A stretch of DNA of 63,819 nucleotides, filler included, from an uncultured archaeon (GTDB lineage: Archaea > Iainarchaeota > Iainarchaeia > Iainarchaeales > 1-14-0-10-31-34): NCBI GenBank assembly GCA_964442255.1. It is 9 parts of 9 records of this genome, joined end to end, with 100 filler letters (N's around TTAATTAATTAA, not from the genome) between each part and the next. Parts side by side here need not be neighbours in the genome. Positions count along the whole stretch, not along the records: positions 34,576 to 41,238 come from CAYTYC010000039.1; positions 41,339 to 47,921 come from CAYTYC010000040.1; 7 more parts are not named here. The stretch is one strand, 5' to 3'. The notes under the pieces were generated by a model, which did not search any database, had not been told where the DNA came from, and saw only the letters and a list, made by a program, of their open reading frames with translations. Below are positions 35,504 through 46,103 of this stretch, one piece after another (within the stretch, counting starts at the first letter, position 1; the number at the start of each line of letters is the position of its first letter). Position numbers and translations under genes: made by a program.

Positions 35504-36745
35504 TTAAAGAATTTCCCCGATTAAATACGTGGGCTCAGCCTTTGTTATGCGAACCTTCACAAACTTCCCCAAAAAGTCTTCCTTCAGGACAACCGGCTTG
35601 TAGGATTCAGTCCTTCCGATGAAATTTCCTTTTGGGCCGCGCCCGGTTACAAGCAATTCAAACTCTTTTCCAACCAATGAACAATTTTTCTCCAAAGCAA
35701 GTTTATTGTACAGTTCGGTTACAATCCTGCTTCTCTGCTTTTTTATTCTTCCATGCAATTGCCCCGGTATTTCCGCCGCAACAGTGTTGGGGCGCTTTCC
35801 GTAACGGGAAATATTCAATACATCCGGCTTGGCTTTTTTCAGGAGCGCAAGGCTTTTTTGGAAGTCTTCTTCGCTTTCCCCGGGAAAGCCCACAATCAAA
35901 TCAGTGGAAATTGTGAGGGAAGGAATTTTTTCCCTGAATTTTTCCACAAGGGAAAGGAACTGCGCGGAAGAATATTTTCGGTTCATTTTTTCAAGAATTT
36001 TGTCGGAACCGCTTTGCACGGGAAGGTGCAGGAATTTAAAGAATTTGCCTGAATTAAGTGCCTTCACAATTCCCTGAAAGTTTTTTTCCGCGTTATGCGG
36101 GTTCATCATTCCCAAACGCACACGGAATTTTCCCTCTGTTTTCAAAAGCGCTTCAAGCAATTCGGTTAAATTTCCCCCAAAGTCATGGCCGTATGCGGCT
36201 GTGTCCTGCGCGGTGAGCCAGATTTCAGGGGTTAAGGAAACGGCTTCGGAAAACCTTTTTGTTAATTCAGGGAGCGGGTGGCTTTGTAGTTTGCCTCTTG
36301 CATTTTTCACGCAACAGTAAGTGCAGCTTGAATTGCATCCCCGGGAAACCGGAATAATTGAAACAAAGGTTTTGAATCTTTCCGCGGGAAGGGAAAGGCA
36401 AAAGTCCCGGGTTTTGATTCCCAGCGCTTTCCCGAGTTCCCTTAAATCCGGGGGAACAATTTCGGCAGAGGGCGCGGCTTCAGCGATTTTTTGCGGGGAA
36501 ATTTTTGCAAGGCATCCGAATGCAATGAGCTTCTTTTTTTCTTTTTCCGCAAGGGAGTTTAATTCCTTCAGGCGCTTCAGGATTTTCTGTTCTGTCTGCT
36601 CCTTTACTCCGCAGGTGTTCACAATAATTAATTCTGCTTCATTCAGCCGGGATTCAGTGAACCCGTTTTCCTGGAGGACGCCTTTAATTGTTTCCGAGTC
36701 CGCTGTGTTAAGGCTGCAGCCATAGGATTCCAAAAAGAATTTCAA
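35504..36745 (-). CDS. archaeal tRNA methylthiotransferase (e-MtaB/MiaB-like)
   Basis: SYGCSLN, VNTCGVK, GCL, CNSSCTYC, HLPVQSGS, TRAM domain. Confidence 0.92.
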   Translation of the reverse strand: MKFFLESYGCSLNTADSETIKGVLQENGFTESRLNEAELIIVNTCGVKEQTEQKILKRLKELNSLAEKEKKKLIAFGCLAKISPQKIAEAAPSAEIVPPDLRELGKALGIKTRDFCLSLPAERFKTFVSIIPVSRGCNSSCTYCCVKNARGKLQSHPLPELTKRFSEAVSLTPEIWLTAQDTAAYGHDFGGNLTELLEALLKTEGKFRVRLGMMNPHNAEKNFQGIVKALNSGKFFKFLHLPVQSGSDKILEKMNRKYSSAQFLSLVEKFREKIPSLTISTDLIVGFPGESEEDFQKSLALLKKAKPDVLNISRYGKRPNTVAAEIPGQLHGRIKKQRSRIVTELYNKLALEKNCSLVGKEFELLVTGRGPKGNFIGRTESYKPVVLKEDFLGKFVKVRITKAEPTYLIGEIL

Positions 36746-36755
36746 TTAAAGCGCC

Positions 36756-37208
36756 TTACTTTTTTTTGCCGGACTCAATTGCCTTGTAGGAAACCCATCC
36801 AAGCAAAGCCGAAAAAACGAACACAAGGAAAGCGGAGTCCAAAAGCACTGGCCAGAAGTCAAAGAATTCCGCAGGGCTTTTTCCCTGCCCCTGCAAAAGG
36901 GAAACGTTTCCGTAAAACCAGTAAACAGCGACATAAAACGCGGCGAGGGAAGACGCAAAAAAGTACAATGCAAAGTAATGGCTTTTCGCGAAGTCCTCCT
37001 CCAAAAGCCGGTCCATCCAGTCAATGGAGAAAAACATCAGGAAAAAGCCCGCGAAAGGCATTAAAAAAAACATGTAATCCAGCCTGCTTAAATCCCATGT
37101 GAATCCCCAGTCATGCAGCGGGGTAATCATTCCAAGAACGTAAAGCAATGCATAGGATAAAATGAACAGGCCGAAAAGCTTTTGCTTGTCTTTGAGCGTT
37201 AAATTCAT
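36756..37208 (-). CDS. membrane protein
   Basis: Four TM helices. Confidence 0.65.
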   Translation of the reverse strand: MNLTLKDKQKLFGLFILSYALLYVLGMITPLHDWGFTWDLSRLDYMFFLMPFAGFFLMFFSIDWMDRLLEEDFAKSHYFALYFFASSLAAFYVAVYWFYGNVSLLQGQGKSPAEFFDFWPVLLDSAFLVFVFSALLGWVSYKAIESGKKK

Positions 37209-37336
37209 TTAAAAAAACCCGGGGTTTTTTAAAGGCTTAAAATGCGGCAGCATTTTAAATCCATTTTTTGATGCCTTAAAGGAAGCTCCTGGGAAAAGGA
37301 TTTAAAGGAATTCATTTGGTTCCCAAGCCTTTTCCC

Positions 37337-37450
37337 TAAACTGCGGCGGGTTAAAGCATGCCGGTTTTTTTTTCCCGTAAACGGCCTGCAAAAACCCTGA
37401 TTAATCCGCGCATTGAAAAAGGCGGGATTCCCGGAAAGGGGTTTCTAAAA
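37337..37450. repeat. ~110-bp dispersed structured repeat, copy C (diverged)
   Basis: Same ends and hairpins as copies A and B. Confidence 0.8.
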
Positions 37451-37599
37451 TACTTTGTGCCCCAAACCCCTAACCTGCCGCCCGGCGGCGGAATGCCCTT
37501 TGGCTGGCGCTGTTTTCTTTTAAGTTTCATAACCTTCCCCTTAATTCATTTTCCGGATTCATTCTATTTAAAACCATTACTTTGGGAAAAATTTATTTG

Positions 37600-38565
37600 A
37601 TGAAAGAAAACGCTGAACTGGGGCTTCCGTGGGTTGAAAAATACCGCCCTGAAAGGCTGGACGAAGTTGTGGGACAGGAGGAAATAACGAAAAGGCTGAA
37701 AAGCTATGTGAAGAACAGGAGCCTTCCGCACCTTCTTTTTTCCGGCCCCGCGGGAGTGGGAAAAACGTCTTCCTCTGTTGCAATGGCAAAAGAATTGTTT
37801 GGGAAATCCTTTGAGCAAAACTTTTTGGAACTCAATGCAAGCGATGACCGCGGAATAGACGTTGTAAGGAAAACAATAAAGGATTTCGCGAGAACGCTTG
37901 CGTTTGACTCCGGGTTCAAGATAATTTTTTTGGATGAAGCCGACGCACTGACCGCGGACGCGCAGCAGGCGCTGCGGAGGACAATGGAAAAATACACCCG
38001 GACATGCAGGTTTATTTTAAATGTCAACTATTCCAGCAAAGTGATTGAGCCAATTCAGTCCCGTTGTGTTGTGTTCAGGTTCCGGCCCCTGAAGGAAAAA
38101 GGCGTTGAAGAAAAACTGAAGGAAATCGCGAAAGAAGAGGGGCTGGAATTGGATGACGGGGCATTGAAGGCAATCGGGTATGTTTCGCAGGGCGACTTAA
38201 GGAAAGCAATCAATGTTTTGCAGGCCGCGGGAAGCATGGAAACAAAAATCATGGAGAAAACGGTTTTTGACGTGAGCAGCCGGGCAAGGCCCGAGGAAGT
38301 CAGGCAGCTTATTCTGCTGGCGCTGGAAAAAAATTTTTTGCAGGCAAGGGAAAAACTCGACTCACTGTTATACGATTACGGGATGAGCGGGGAAGACATT
38401 ATTTTGCAGCTGTACCGCGAACTCATTGAATTGGATGAAAAAACCCTTCCTTCCGCAAAAAAAATCGAGTATCTGGACAAAATAGGGGAATACAATTTCA
38501 GGCTCGTGGAAGGCGCGAACGAAAGGATTCAGCTGGAGGCGCTTATCGCCCAGCTGATGAAGTGA
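37600..38565 (+). CDS. rfcS: replication factor C small subunit
   Basis: PWVEKYRP, GPAGVGKT, ELNASDDRG, DEAD, SRC. Confidence 0.96.
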   Translation: MKENAELGLPWVEKYRPERLDEVVGQEEITKRLKSYVKNRSLPHLLFSGPAGVGKTSSSVAMAKELFGKSFEQNFLELNASDDRGIDVVRKTIKDFARTLAFDSGFKIIFLDEADALTADAQQALRRTMEKYTRTCRFILNVNYSSKVIEPIQSRCVVFRFRPLKEKGVEEKLKEIAKEEGLELDDGALKAIGYVSQGDLRKAINVLQAAGSMETKIMEKTVFDVSSRARPEEVRQLILLALEKNFLQAREKLDSLLYDYGMSGEDIILQLYRELIELDEKTLPSAKKIEYLDKIGEYNFRLVEGANERIQLEALIAQLMK

Positions 38566-38641
38566 AGCGGTTTTGCGGAAAAAAAAGCCCTGTTTAAGGG
38601 TTAAGCAAGTATTTTATACCAGTTAAGCGGATTATTTTTGC

Positions 38642-39094
38642 ATGGGCTTTATTGCGGGATTCCTTGGATTCTTTGTTCCCGGCTTGGGGCAGCTTGTAAA
38701 CAAAGAGTGGGTGAAAGGAATTATTGTGCTGTTTTTCTGGCTCGGGGCAGTGGGATGGGCTTACTTCAGCCTCACAGAATACCCGCTTTACCTTGTAATG
38801 ATTGGAAGCGTTTACCTTTTCTTTTCCGTTTACTCCGCGATTGACGGCTTCATGCATTCAGGAAGGGAAAAAGAAAGAAAGGAAAGGCAGTTCCAGGAAT
38901 TCAAGGACTTCTATGAAAGCGAAAAAGAGACAGTGAAAAGGGGAATGAAAAGGGACGTAATGGACAAGTACCTGACGGAAAGCTTCAAAATACTGGAAAT
39001 GGAGCCATTTCACGGCCACTGGAAAGCAAAAGTGGAAATAAAGGGAAAAGAATACAGCTTCGAGCTTTCAGGCGAGGGAAAAATCCTGGATTAG
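38642..39094 (+). CDS. membrane protein
   Basis: FFVPGLGQ motif, TM helices. Confidence 0.65.
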   Translation: MGFIAGFLGFFVPGLGQLVNKEWVKGIIVLFFWLGAVGWAYFSLTEYPLYLVMIGSVYLFFSVYSAIDGFMHSGREKERKERQFQEFKDFYESEKETVKRGMKRDVMDKYLTESFKILEMEPFHGHWKAKVEIKGKEYSFELSGEGKILD

Positions 39095-40320
39095 CCGAAC
39101 TGCAAAAGGCTTTTCTGGAAAAATGCCCTGTCAAGCAAGGCGGATTTTTTGAGGATTGTTTTCGCGTTTTCCCCCAAATGCGTTTTCAGGAAATCCAGTG
39201 CAAGGCTTAAATCAGGGAAAACCATTGGCTTTTTCCTTAACGCGTCCCTCACCGTTTCCCTTATCACCCACACTCCAAGGGGAAGAAGGTAATCCCTTCC
39301 AATCAGCCTTACTACCAGACAGGCTGCCTGAAGTTTTTCCTTCACAAGGTATTCCGCAACGGCAAGCTTTGCCGCATAGTATGCGCCGGCAACATCCGCC
39401 GCATATGCTTTCCTTCCCCCAAAAAACTCGAAATCCGAAATCACCTGCAAACCTTTTCCTTTTTGCGCCCACACGCTTCCCGGAACCCAGGCTTCAAGCT
39501 GCTCAAACGCCCAGGGGAAAGGAAAAAAGAGGACGTAAAAGGCGTTTCCCTGGTAAGAGGAAAAAAACAGTTTCGCTGAATCAATTTTCCCGTAGTCCTT
39601 GAGTTTTTCAGCCAAAGCGTCCGCGAGACTGGAGTCGGCTGCGGTAATGCTCCACCGCGTGGGGGTCAGCCTGCGCTTTTTTTTCTTTCCAAGAAGCCCG
39701 GCGCTTAAAAGCTTGGAGATTGTTGTGACACTGTAATCAGAGGAAAACAATTCATTCATTGCCTCATTCGCTTTGGCGTCGGTGTCGGAGACAAGGTAAT
39801 CAATTTTTTTGTCAACTCCTGGACTGGAGGTTAAGGAAAACTCTTTCAATGGGGCGCCTGGGCCGACCGGGGAGAGGGTTGAATCAAAGCTGAGCCTGGG
39901 GGAAGGCATTGACTTCAGCTTCAGTTCCACTTCCACGGGCTTGGAGGAAAGAAGCATTTCCTGGGCTTTGGACAAAAGCCGGGAGGGGTTTGCCGCTGAA
40001 ACGGATTCCATGCGTTTTGAGCCCCCCACCAGGCTTTCCCGGAAGGAAAGGATTTTTTCGGTTTCCAGCCCAAACCATTTTTCCGGCGCATCCAGTTCCC
40101 CGGCTTTATCCGGAAAAAACGGGGGAGCCATCGGGGAAAAGGATACTTTTGGGTAATGGGTCCAGGAAACAAACACTGAGGGAGGGGAAGGGCCGGAAAC
40201 AGTGTTGTTTTTTATTCCGGAAACCGTTTTTCCCGTGCTTTTGTATTTCTCAAGTATGAAGCATTTTTCCCCGCACCACAGCCTTCCCTTGCATTTCAGG
40301 CAGTCCCTTTTTGAAAGCAT
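39091..40320 (-). CDS. nreA: Nre family archaeal DNA repair protein
   Basis: CLKCKGRLWCG, SPPSVFV, LTPTRWSITA, GAYYA, C-terminal PIP box QKSLLQF. Confidence 0.9.
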   Translation of the reverse strand: MLSKRDCLKCKGRLWCGEKCFILEKYKSTGKTVSGIKNNTVSGPSPPSVFVSWTHYPKVSFSPMAPPFFPDKAGELDAPEKWFGLETEKILSFRESLVGGSKRMESVSAANPSRLLSKAQEMLLSSKPVEVELKLKSMPSPRLSFDSTLSPVGPGAPLKEFSLTSSPGVDKKIDYLVSDTDAKANEAMNELFSSDYSVTTISKLLSAGLLGKKKKRRLTPTRWSITAADSSLADALAEKLKDYGKIDSAKLFFSSYQGNAFYVLFFPFPWAFEQLEAWVPGSVWAQKGKGLQVISDFEFFGGRKAYAADVAGAYYAAKLAVAEYLVKEKLQAACLVVRLIGRDYLLPLGVWVIRETVRDALRKKPMVFPDLSLALDFLKTHLGENAKTILKKSALLDRAFFQKSLLQFG

Positions 40321-40354
40321 AATATTTTAATGTGAAATAATGTTATTATTGTAA

Positions 40355-41233
40355 ATGGAAGTATCAGAAACTTTGGGCAAAATTCTTTCCTCTTCGGTTA
40401 AGCCAAAAATGTGGCTGATGGCATTGATTTACTTGGCGGGGAGTGTTGCAGCGGCTTTCGCGGGAATAATTTCAATGATTGCAGTAATTTTTTTGGGCGC
40501 TTTAACGGGAAGCGCCGTTGGGGTTCTTGCAGGGTTTTTGGCCGGGATGGCGGCAATGCTTTTGGTTGTTTTTGTTGTGGCATCAATTTTGCTTGCGGCG
40601 ATGATGGAAGCCGCGAGAAACGTTTTGCCTGGAAAGGATTTCAGGGTGGAGGACGCGCTCGCTTTTGGAATAAGGAAATGGAAAACCCTTTTTGGAACCA
40701 TCATAGTTTACTCGGTGATTTGGCTTGTTGTTTTGATTGCGGCGTTTGCGCCCGCGTTTTTCGGGTTTTTGGGGGTAATGCAGGAATTAATGCAGAACCC
40801 GGCACAGTTTGCGGTGCTTGCAGGAATTTCCCAAACCTCTGCGCCTGCTGAAGCGGTTTCCGCCCTTTTTCCGCTTTTTGCCCCAATTATTCCCCTTGTT
40901 TTGCTTGGGGCGGCTGTTTCCGCTGTAGCTTTTCTTGTGCTTACCCCCCTTATGGTGCTGTTTTACCCTTCCGCGGTTTTCAGCGGGAAAGGGGTCAGGG
41001 GAAGCGTTTCGCACGCGTTTGCGCTCGGAAAAAAGCATTATTTAAGGAACTTTGTGTTTTCAGTTTTTCTTGGGCTTCTTTACGTTCCGGTTGTCGCAAT
41101 CAGTTTTTTTGATTTCACCGGAATTATTGCGATTGCAGTCGGGTTGTGGATGGAAATAATTTTCGTTCTCATTGTAACCCGGCTTTACCTGGATTACACA
41201 ACCGACGGAAAAAAATCAGCTAAAAGCATTTGA
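40355..41233 (+). CDS. multi-pass membrane protein
   Basis: Six hydrophobic helices. Confidence 0.7.
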   Translation: MEVSETLGKILSSSVKPKMWLMALIYLAGSVAAAFAGIISMIAVIFLGALTGSAVGVLAGFLAGMAAMLLVVFVVASILLAAMMEAARNVLPGKDFRVEDALAFGIRKWKTLFGTIIVYSVIWLVVLIAAFAPAFFGFLGVMQELMQNPAQFAVLAGISQTSAPAEAVSALFPLFAPIIPLVLLGAAVSAVAFLVLTPLMVLFYPSAVFSGKGVRGSVSHAFALGKKHYLRNFVFSVFLGLLYVPVVAISFFDFTGIIAIAVGLWMEIIFVLIVTRLYLDYTTDGKKSAKSI

Positions 41234-41338
41234 GTTACNNNNNNNNNNNNNNNNNNNNNNNNNNNNNNNNNNNNNNNNNNNNTTAATTAATTAANNNNNN
41301 NNNNNNNNNNNNNNNNNNNNNNNNNNNNNNNNNNNNNN

Positions 41339-41509
41339 AGCAGCAGCGGAGGCGTTACAGTTGTGGAAACCCCCTTTAATTTGGGCTCTTTCAGCAAGGC
41401 CGAGAGATATGTTGTTGAAAGCCAGAAAAAATATTCTGTTGGAAAGGAAGTTGAAGTTAAGGTAAGGAAAGGCTTTTTTTCCGGCGAAAAAGCCGAAATA
41501 CTGGAGTAA
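41339..41509 (+). CDS. 3' part of the membrane protein that starts at 9861
   Basis: 55-nt overlap with 10257-10311; ...VEVKVRKGFFSGEKAEILE*. Confidence 0.7.
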   Translation, partial: SSSGGVTVVETPFNLGSFSKAERYVVESQKKYSVGKEVEVKVRKGFFSGEKAEILE

Positions 41510-41563
41510 TTCGACGATTGCCGTTTCAAAGTTTTTTAAATTCCTTTTTCTCCCCGCTCCAAT

Positions 41564-41932
41564 ATGGAGTTAAGTGAAACTCTGATCAAAAGAATCTCCT
41601 TGCTCTGCTCAATCCTCGGGATAGCGGGGGTAATGGCTGTTTCCCCTCTTGCGGGCTTTCAGGAAACGAAACTAAGCGAAATAAGTTTGGATTCACTGGA
41701 AAAAAAGGTTGAAGTTGCAGGATTCCCTGAAAACGGTTTCGTGAAAAAAGGCACTCTCTTTTTTGATTTGGTTCAGGGAAAAGACAGCATAAAGGTCGTG
41801 GTTTTTCGCCCAAAGAAAGGGCAGATTGACTTGGCTTTAGGGAAAGGGCTGCTCAAAGTTAAAGGGGAAGTTCAGCTGTACGAAAAAGAGCTGGAAATAA
41901 TTGGGGAAGAAGTGCTGAAAGCCGATGAATGA
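41564..41932 (+). CDS. membrane-anchored OB-fold protein
   Basis: TM helix, then IKVVVF...VKGEVQLYEKELEI. Confidence 0.75.
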   Translation: MELSETLIKRISLLCSILGIAGVMAVSPLAGFQETKLSEISLDSLEKKVEVAGFPENGFVKKGTLFFDLVQGKDSIKVVVFRPKKGQIDLALGKGLLKVKGEVQLYEKELEIIGEEVLKADE

Positions 41933-43112
41933 AGTGTTGTTTGTTGTTTTGGGTGCTTTTCTGGGGGTTTTCACCGGACTAATTCCGGGGATTCACACAA
42001 ACACTTTGGCTGCGTTTGCGCTTTTCTTGGGCTTTATGGGGGAACTGAACCTTTCGCTCATGGTTGTTTCAATGAGCGTGGTGCACAGCTTTGTTGACTT
42101 TGTGCCAAGCATTGCTTTGGGCGCGCCTGACTCTGAGAGCTTTCTTTCCGTTCTCCCGGGCCACAGGCTCCTGCTCAAGGGGCTGGGAAATTACGCAATC
42201 CAGCTGACCGCAATCGGCGGGCTTTTTGGGGGGCTTATTGCGCTTGGCTTCAGCCCATTCTATCTCTCTTTTCTCCTCCAGTTCAGGGAAATGATTTATT
42301 TTGCTGTTCCCTTTGTTTTGCTTGCGGTTATCGGGTTGATGGCCTGGTTTGAGGAAGGAGTGAAAGGAAAGTTTTATGCTTTGGTTGTGATAGCATTGTC
42401 CGGGGCGCTGGGCTTGATTGTTTTGCAGGGAAGCATTTCAATCCGGAACGAGATTTTTCCTTTGGTTACCGGCTTTTTTGCTTTTCCCACAATCCTTTTT
42501 TCTTTGCGTGAAAAGACAGTTGTCCCAAAGCAAAAGAAAACTGTTCCAAAGTTTTACGCAAAAAATTCTTTTCTGCACAGTTTTCTGAGCTCTTTGGGCG
42601 GGGGAATTGTTTCAATTTTTCCCGCGATCGGCGCAAACCAGGCGGCATTTATTTTGCGGGTGTTCCTGAAAAAAATGCGCACTTCCTCTTACCTTGTTTT
42701 GTTGGGGGGAATTAACACCGCGAACATGGTTTTCAGTTTTTTCATGCTTTACGCGCTGGGAAAAACGCGCACCGGCTCTGCCGTAGTTTTAAAGCAGTTG
42801 ATTGAAGTCACTCCAATCGAGCTTTTGCTGGTTTTTTTTGCGGTTTTATTTGCCTTGGGCTTCGGGGTTTTGAGCACTTTTGCGGTTGGAGGCTTTGTGG
42901 TCAGGAACATGAAAAAGATTGCGTACCGAACAATCAATGTTGCAGTGCTTTTTGCCTTGATACTTTTGGTTTTGGCTTTAAGCGGGCCGTGGGGGTTGGC
43001 TGTTTCCTTTGTTGCGGCATCCACGGGGATGCTGGCGGTCTCCGCCAAAGTGAAGAGAACCAATTGCATGGGGTTTTTGATGGTTCCGGTTATAGTCAGT
43101 TACCTGATTTAA
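41925..43112 (+). CDS. TctA/DUF112 family membrane protein
   Basis: GLIPGIHTN, FVDFVPSIALGAP, SVLPGHRLLLKG. Confidence 0.87.
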   Translation: MNEVLFVVLGAFLGVFTGLIPGIHTNTLAAFALFLGFMGELNLSLMVVSMSVVHSFVDFVPSIALGAPDSESFLSVLPGHRLLLKGLGNYAIQLTAIGGLFGGLIALGFSPFYLSFLLQFREMIYFAVPFVLLAVIGLMAWFEEGVKGKFYALVVIALSGALGLIVLQGSISIRNEIFPLVTGFFAFPTILFSLREKTVVPKQKKTVPKFYAKNSFLHSFLSSLGGGIVSIFPAIGANQAAFILRVFLKKMRTSSYLVLLGGINTANMVFSFFMLYALGKTRTGSAVVLKQLIEVTPIELLLVFFAVLFALGFGVLSTFAVGGFVVRNMKKIAYRTINVAVLFALILLVLALSGPWGLAVSFVAASTGMLAVSAKVKRTNCMGFLMVPVIVSYLI

Positions 43113-43992
43113 TGTCTGCAAGAAATCCAAAGAGAACTATTTGAATTCCAATTAAAATCAGTAACGCGGTTAAAATAATCAAAGCCAGGTGACCGAAGAT
43201 TCCTCCAGTGAAGTGAAGGAAGGTGAGGTAAGCCCCAAAAATCAAGCCTATGAAGAAAAGAAAAAGCCCTATAAAGCCAAAAAACTTCAGCGGAGCAAAG
43301 TCCCTGTAAACTCTTACAAGGTTTACGCCTGCCCTGACCGCGTAATTGAGGGGGCTGGAGATTAGCCTGCTTTTTCCGTGCCTTTTCCTGAAATGCGTCG
43401 GAACCTCCTTTATCCTAAACTCATTTCGAAGCGCCCGGATTATTTGCTCTTGTGTATAAGTATAATTACTTATTAATTTCAGTTTAGCTACGCAAACATT
43501 GAAAGCCCGGAACCCTGTTTGGGAATCAGAAATCCTTGTTCCAGTGATTTGTGAAATTACTTTGGAAAAGAGGAGGTTTCCAACCTTTTTAACCAAAGGC
43601 ATCTCTTCAATAGTCCCACTAAACCGGCTAGCCAAAACCAAGTCATTTCCTCTTAACACTTCACGAACAAGAACGGGAATCTGTCTAGCATCATATTGCA
43701 AGTCTGCATCAAAATTCACTAAGACATTTGGTTTGAGCTTTAGTGCCTCTTTGACTCCAGTTCTAAATGCCCGCGCAAGCCCTCTGTTTCTTGGATGGCT
43801 TATTACTTTAGCTCCGGATTTTTTGGCTTTAGTAACTGTTGAATCCGTGCTGCCATCATCCACTACGATAACCTGGTGCTTAAAATCAAGCAGTTCTTTG
43901 TTAACATTAACTATGGCTTTTTCAATTGTCTTTTCTTCATTAAAAGCCGGAATAATCACCACAACATCCGGCGAATTCTTTTTCCCAGCCAT
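43096..43992 (-). CDS. GT2 glycosyltransferase (Dol-P-Man synthase-like)
   Basis: IPAFNEE, VDDGSTD, DADLQ, DSQTGFR, C-terminal TM helices. Confidence 0.9.
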   Translation of the reverse strand: MAGKKNSPDVVVIIPAFNEEKTIEKAIVNVNKELLDFKHQVIVVDDGSTDSTVTKAKKSGAKVISHPRNRGLARAFRTGVKEALKLKPNVLVNFDADLQYDARQIPVLVREVLRGNDLVLASRFSGTIEEMPLVKKVGNLLFSKVISQITGTRISDSQTGFRAFNVCVAKLKLISNYTYTQEQIIRALRNEFRIKEVPTHFRKRHGKSRLISSPLNYAVRAGVNLVRVYRDFAPLKFFGFIGLFLFFIGLIFGAYLTFLHFTGGIFGHLALIILTALLILIGIQIVLFGFLADIKSGN

Positions 43993-44000
43993 AGGAAATC

Positions 44001-45101
44001 TTAGACTTCAAATGTTTTTTTAGGTTTGCGCTTTACTGACTCATATGCCTTTAAGTATCCTTCAATCACCTTATCCCAACTGTACTCTTCTAAAGTAAAC
44101 TTTTTTGATTGTAGCCCAAAAGAAGCCCTTTCTTTCTCGTTTTCTATCAACCTCAAAATAACCTTTGAGAAATCCTTCACGCACCCAGACTTTGCCAAAA
44201 ACCCGTTCTTGTTATGTTTAATGGCGTCCCCAATCCCCTCAATATTTGAAGCAACTACTGGCAGCCCTGCAGCAGCGGCCTCTATTGCGACAATTCCAAA
44301 TCCTTCAAAATCATTTTCTACTTTGATGTTTGGCATTACAAAAACGTTTGCCGAAGAGTAAAGCAGTCTCAGCAGTTTGTCATCTACTCTCCCCAAAAGA
44401 AAAACCTTCCCTCCCAGCCTCTTTTTGTCCACTATTTTACGCAACAGGGGTTCCATTGGCCCTCTGCCCACAATCAAATAAATCAAAGTATTATTTTTTT
44501 TAAGCAAATTCGGAAAGACTTTTTCAACAAACCAACTGAAGCCTTTCCTTTCGACAAGCCTTCCAACAGACAAAATAATTTTTTTATTAGTGCTTTGCAT
44601 CGATTCCATGGACCGGATCAATTCCATCTTTTCTTGCGAAGACGGTTGTTCTGGTCGCTCAACCCCAATTGGAATAATAACACATTGGGCTTCGCTTGCA
44701 CCCCTTTTCAAGCATTCTTTTTTGGATGCCTCGCTTATGCAAATTATTTTGTCAAATTTTTTCAAAGAAAAAGAAAGTACTTTTTGATACAACATATTTG
44801 GAAAAGTGATATCCAGCCCATGGGCTGTGATCAACACCGGAGAACCATAAATTTTTTTGAATAAAGGCCCAAAAAAACTCAATGCCCCATCCCCGACATG
44901 CAATATTACATTCTTTTCCCTTAACTCCATTAGAAGCCTAAAAAACAAATAAAAAACGAAAAAAGGCAAGAGTACACGTTTTCTAAGTGCAATAGTCTTC
45001 ATGCTAAAACTTTTTTCTGCCCTGCTACTTAACTCATAGCTAAGCTTTTCCATCCCCCCAAGATTTGGAGGGAAACAGCGCGTAACATACACAACATTCA
45101 T
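44001..45101 (-). CDS. GT4 glycosyltransferase
   Basis: GRLVERKG, EGFGIVAIEAAAAG. Confidence 0.9.
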   Translation of the reverse strand: MNVVYVTRCFPPNLGGMEKLSYELSSRAEKSFSMKTIALRKRVLLPFFVFYLFFRLLMELREKNVILHVGDGALSFFGPLFKKIYGSPVLITAHGLDITFPNMLYQKVLSFSLKKFDKIICISEASKKECLKRGASEAQCVIIPIGVERPEQPSSQEKMELIRSMESMQSTNKKIILSVGRLVERKGFSWFVEKVFPNLLKKNNTLIYLIVGRGPMEPLLRKIVDKKRLGGKVFLLGRVDDKLLRLLYSSANVFVMPNIKVENDFEGFGIVAIEAAAAGLPVVASNIEGIGDAIKHNKNGFLAKSGCVKDFSKVILRLIENEKERASFGLQSKKFTLEEYSWDKVIEGYLKAYESVKRKPKKTFEV

Positions 45102-45150
45102 TCTCTTTGAAATAGAAGAAAAGCAAAAGGCATTTAAAATATGCGCCAGC

Positions 45151-46041
45151 TTATTTTCGCATGTCCGCCATGAAACCAAAAAGCATTACCTGGATTCCGC
45201 CAATTATGAGAAGGGCCGTAAGAATTATCAAAGCAATATGGCCAGTGACCGGCTGGGTTAAATGAAGGTAACTGAGGTAAAAACCAAAAATAAGCCCAAC
45301 AAAGAATAAAACCAACCCAAGAGAACCAAAAAACTTTAAGGGAGCAAAATCCCGGTAAGTCCTGAGTATATTTATGCCCGCATTAACAGCATACGCAAAA
45401 GGACTTGAAATCAGCCTGCTTTTCCCTTTCCTCACCCCAACAGTAATTGGCACTTCTTTTACAGTAAACCCCTTTTTAGCCGCCAACAGTATCTGTTCTT
45501 GGGTATATGTGTAAGTGTTCCGGAGTTTTAATCCCGCAACCTCTCTGGTGAATGCCCTAAACCCGCTTTGAGAGTCAGTTATTTTCTGGCGAATCATGTG
45601 AGAAACAACCCAAGAAAAAGCCTTATTTCCCAGTCTTTTCAGCAAAGGCATTGGGGGAGTTTCGAGCAAAAACCGGCTTCCCAAAACTAAGTCGTTTCCT
45701 GCCCTAATCTCATTCAATAGCAGGAGTATTTCCGCCGGATCATGCTGCAAGTCAGCATCCATCTGCACTATTACGTCCGCGCCAAGCTTAAGTGCTTCCG
45801 CTATCTCGGACCTAAAGGCTTCAGCAAGGCCAAGGTTATGTTTATGGGAAATCACAAGTGCCCCCGCCTTTAAAGCGCATTCCCTCGTGCGGTCAGTGCT
45901 TCCATCATCCAAAACAAGGACTCTGTGCGGAAAATTTTTCAGGCTGGACTTTATTTTTTTTATCAGTACAGAAATTGTTCTTTCTTCGTTGAACGCTGGA
46001 ATAACGACAACTACCTTTAATCCTGAAGCCAATTCTTTCAC
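45151..46041 (-). CDS. GT2 glycosyltransferase, paralog of 43096-43992
   Basis: IPAFNEE, DDGSTD, DADLQH, shared YTYTQEQI and RDFAPLKFFG. Confidence 0.9.
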   Translation of the reverse strand: MKELASGLKVVVVIPAFNEERTISVLIKKIKSSLKNFPHRVLVLDDGSTDRTRECALKAGALVISHKHNLGLAEAFRSEIAEALKLGADVIVQMDADLQHDPAEILLLLNEIRAGNDLVLGSRFLLETPPMPLLKRLGNKAFSWVVSHMIRQKITDSQSGFRAFTREVAGLKLRNTYTYTQEQILLAAKKGFTVKEVPITVGVRKGKSRLISSPFAYAVNAGINILRTYRDFAPLKFFGSLGLVLFFVGLIFGFYLSYLHLTQPVTGHIALIILTALLIIGGIQVMLFGFMADMRK

Positions 46042-46103
46042 TCAATATCTAAGAAAGGCAATTATTTTTTAGCAGTATGTTTTTTAAGCAGTTAAACTAC
46101 TAA